Of a DNA stretch of 33,654 nt, positions 31,382 to 33,654 are shown piece after piece. The notes beneath the pieces were generated by a model. It saw nothing but the letters and a program-made list of their open reading frames with translations. It did not search any database and was not told the DNA's origin. This DNA is from Octopus bimaculoides (Eukaryota). Position 1 is the stretch's first letter. Each line of letters starts with the position of its first letter. The position numbers were made by a program, and so were the translations under genes. Location of the stretch: NCBI RefSeq assembly GCF_001194135.2, contig NC_068984.1, positions 17,739,204 to 17,772,857 on the forward strand. Reading direction: 5' to 3'.

Positions 31382-31925
31382 CATGGCTCATAGGTTCGAC
31401 GTAGTCAGCTGAGGATCATAAGGTTATAAGTTTGATATCTGGTGGTGTGTTGTGTCCTTGAGCAAGACACTTTATTTCACGTTGCTCCAGTCCACTCAGC
31501 TAGCAAAAATGAGTCATACCTGTAATTCAGAAGGGTCAGCCTTGTTACATTGTGTGTTAAGCAGTATATCTCCCTGAGAACAACATTAACCCTTTAGCAT
31601 TTAAACCAACCATATCAAGCCAAAATATTCTACATGTTCTATGTTCAAACAGGCCAGATCTGGCCTCTCACACCTATCCTACAGTGCCATTCTAAAAATT
31701 ATACAGTCACATTATTGAAATCTCGAAGCTGTGAGATAAAGCATGATTAATTCAAAAGAATGAGAATAAATAAGAATTACATTTAACAGAGTAATCTGGA
31801 TGCTAAAAGGTTAACGCTATACATGTCTGTGGAGTACTCAGCCACTTGCATGTGGATTTCACAAGCAGACTATTCCATTGATGAGATCTGCTGGAACCCT
31901 AGTTGTCATAACTAACAGAGTGCCA
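31382..31925 (+). mobile_element. Family-C2 SINE interrupted by a piggyBac-type MITE
   Basis: Head and CORE-like segment at 31382-31585; body resumes at 31815. Confidence 0.8.
31590..31810. mobile_element. piggyBac-type MITE, 221 bp, TTAA target-site duplication
   Basis: TTAA at 31586-31589 and 31811-31814; TIRs CCCTTTAGCAT / ATGCTAAAAGG (1 mismatch). Confidence 0.88.
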
Positions 31926-32820
31926 ATTATTAAATAAACTCTTTTCCAGAAAACTCTTGTTGACTTGATACCAAGGGACATAACTCTTAACATAATCCCC
32001 TGCTTGATTCATTTCGTCACTTTTTTCAAAGCCACCACAAATCAGATGTGCCTATTGACCTCCAACAATAGAGAGCGGTCACCATATTTCATTTCATAAC
32101 ATCTACCTCTGAAGAGTGCAGGAGGGTTACATAATCGGACTGTTACCTAAAACTGCATTGAACTGCTGGTGCAAAACTGATTAGTAAGATCAGGTATAGT
32201 GGATATATTATACAACACACTTCAATTAATATATATTTCTATATATGCATATATTTATACACATACACACACAGACACACACGCTCGTACACATTCACAC
32301 ACAAATTTTTTTAACCATCTTTCATCTTCTCTTTTCTTGCCTTCTTCACTCTCCTGGACTTTACCATCCTAAGAAGTGCTATGTCCAAAGCATAAAAGCC
32401 TTTACTTTTTCCATTCTTCCATCAAAATTTATTGATGTCAGAAAAAAGCCAAAAGAAGGTTGTGATGTTTTATAACCTTTTAAAGAGTTTTAGCTATTAT
32501 AATTTATATAGAGGGAAAAGCTGAAATTGTGATTTGAAACCTGATAGCAAAACTCTCTTAGAAGCAGCTTTAAAGAGTTTGTGGCTTAAAAATACATACA
32601 TACATACATACATACATACATTCATACATACAAACATACACATAAAGTGTATGTATACATACATTTATGTGTGTGCATGCATGTGTGTGTGTATGTGCAT
32701 GTGTGAGTGTTTGTGTATATGCATATAAATTGATTTTGTTTATGTAAAGATATGGCTCTTTCTTTCTTATCTTAGTGTCTAAAGAAGGTTTTAGAATAAA
32801 TCCATTGAGACATACAGACA

Positions 32821-33236
<416 letters not shown>

Positions 33237-33654
33237 AAAGAGAGAGAGACACACATATGAAAAGGAAGATAGAGATGTTATGATACAGAGATAAAGAAAA
33301 AGCTCGATGTTTCAACATTTTCAATGGTGATTGAATATATTTTTGCATATGTGATTTTTGTGCTTAAACAGATCTGAGAAGGAAACAGATAAATAAGATT
33401 TATGCTTATAATTTCGAAATTTGATAGCTTTACAAAAGGTAGTGTGCATGAGTGAACTTATATGATTCATTAATCATTAGCAAAGGTATTCAAGGAAATC
33501 AAATAGATAAAGCCCCATTTATAATAATTGCTGTGTTTTACATTGTAAGTTTGATTATGTCGCTTTAGTAAAATATATTTGCATGCAAGGCTACATCTTT
33601 CTGGTGGAGTATAAAGTTCCCCTATAACATATATATGTATATATATATATATAT

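Overview
This is AT-rich, repeat-saturated eukaryotic DNA from a gapped short-read assembly (10 N-gaps, about 2.7 kb). The SINE repertoire suggests a coleoid cephalopod, probably an octopus; that is inference from memory of these families and was not checked against a database. I found no intact protein-coding gene, tRNA, rRNA or CRISPR array. Nearly all long ORFs in the track are microsatellite or N-gap artefacts. The window is a nested mosaic of mobile elements: several tRNA-derived and RTE-tailed SINE families, two mariner relics, a Buster-type hAT relic, a hAT MITE, two TTAA/piggyBac-type MITEs, an RTE LINE 3' fragment, two R4/Dong-type 3' fragments inserted in (TAA)n, a Penelope-like end carrying a decayed hammerhead ribozyme, and a putative solo LTR. 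The most unusual signal is an unidentified fossil minus-strand reading frame (about 5.9-7.9 kb, possibly starting at 9922) that rejoins in frame when four SINE insertions are removed. Other highlights are a perfect 37-bp palindrome, a SINE flanked by a ~150-bp duplication, SINEs with internal tandem-unit arrays, and a pre-miRNA-like hairpin.
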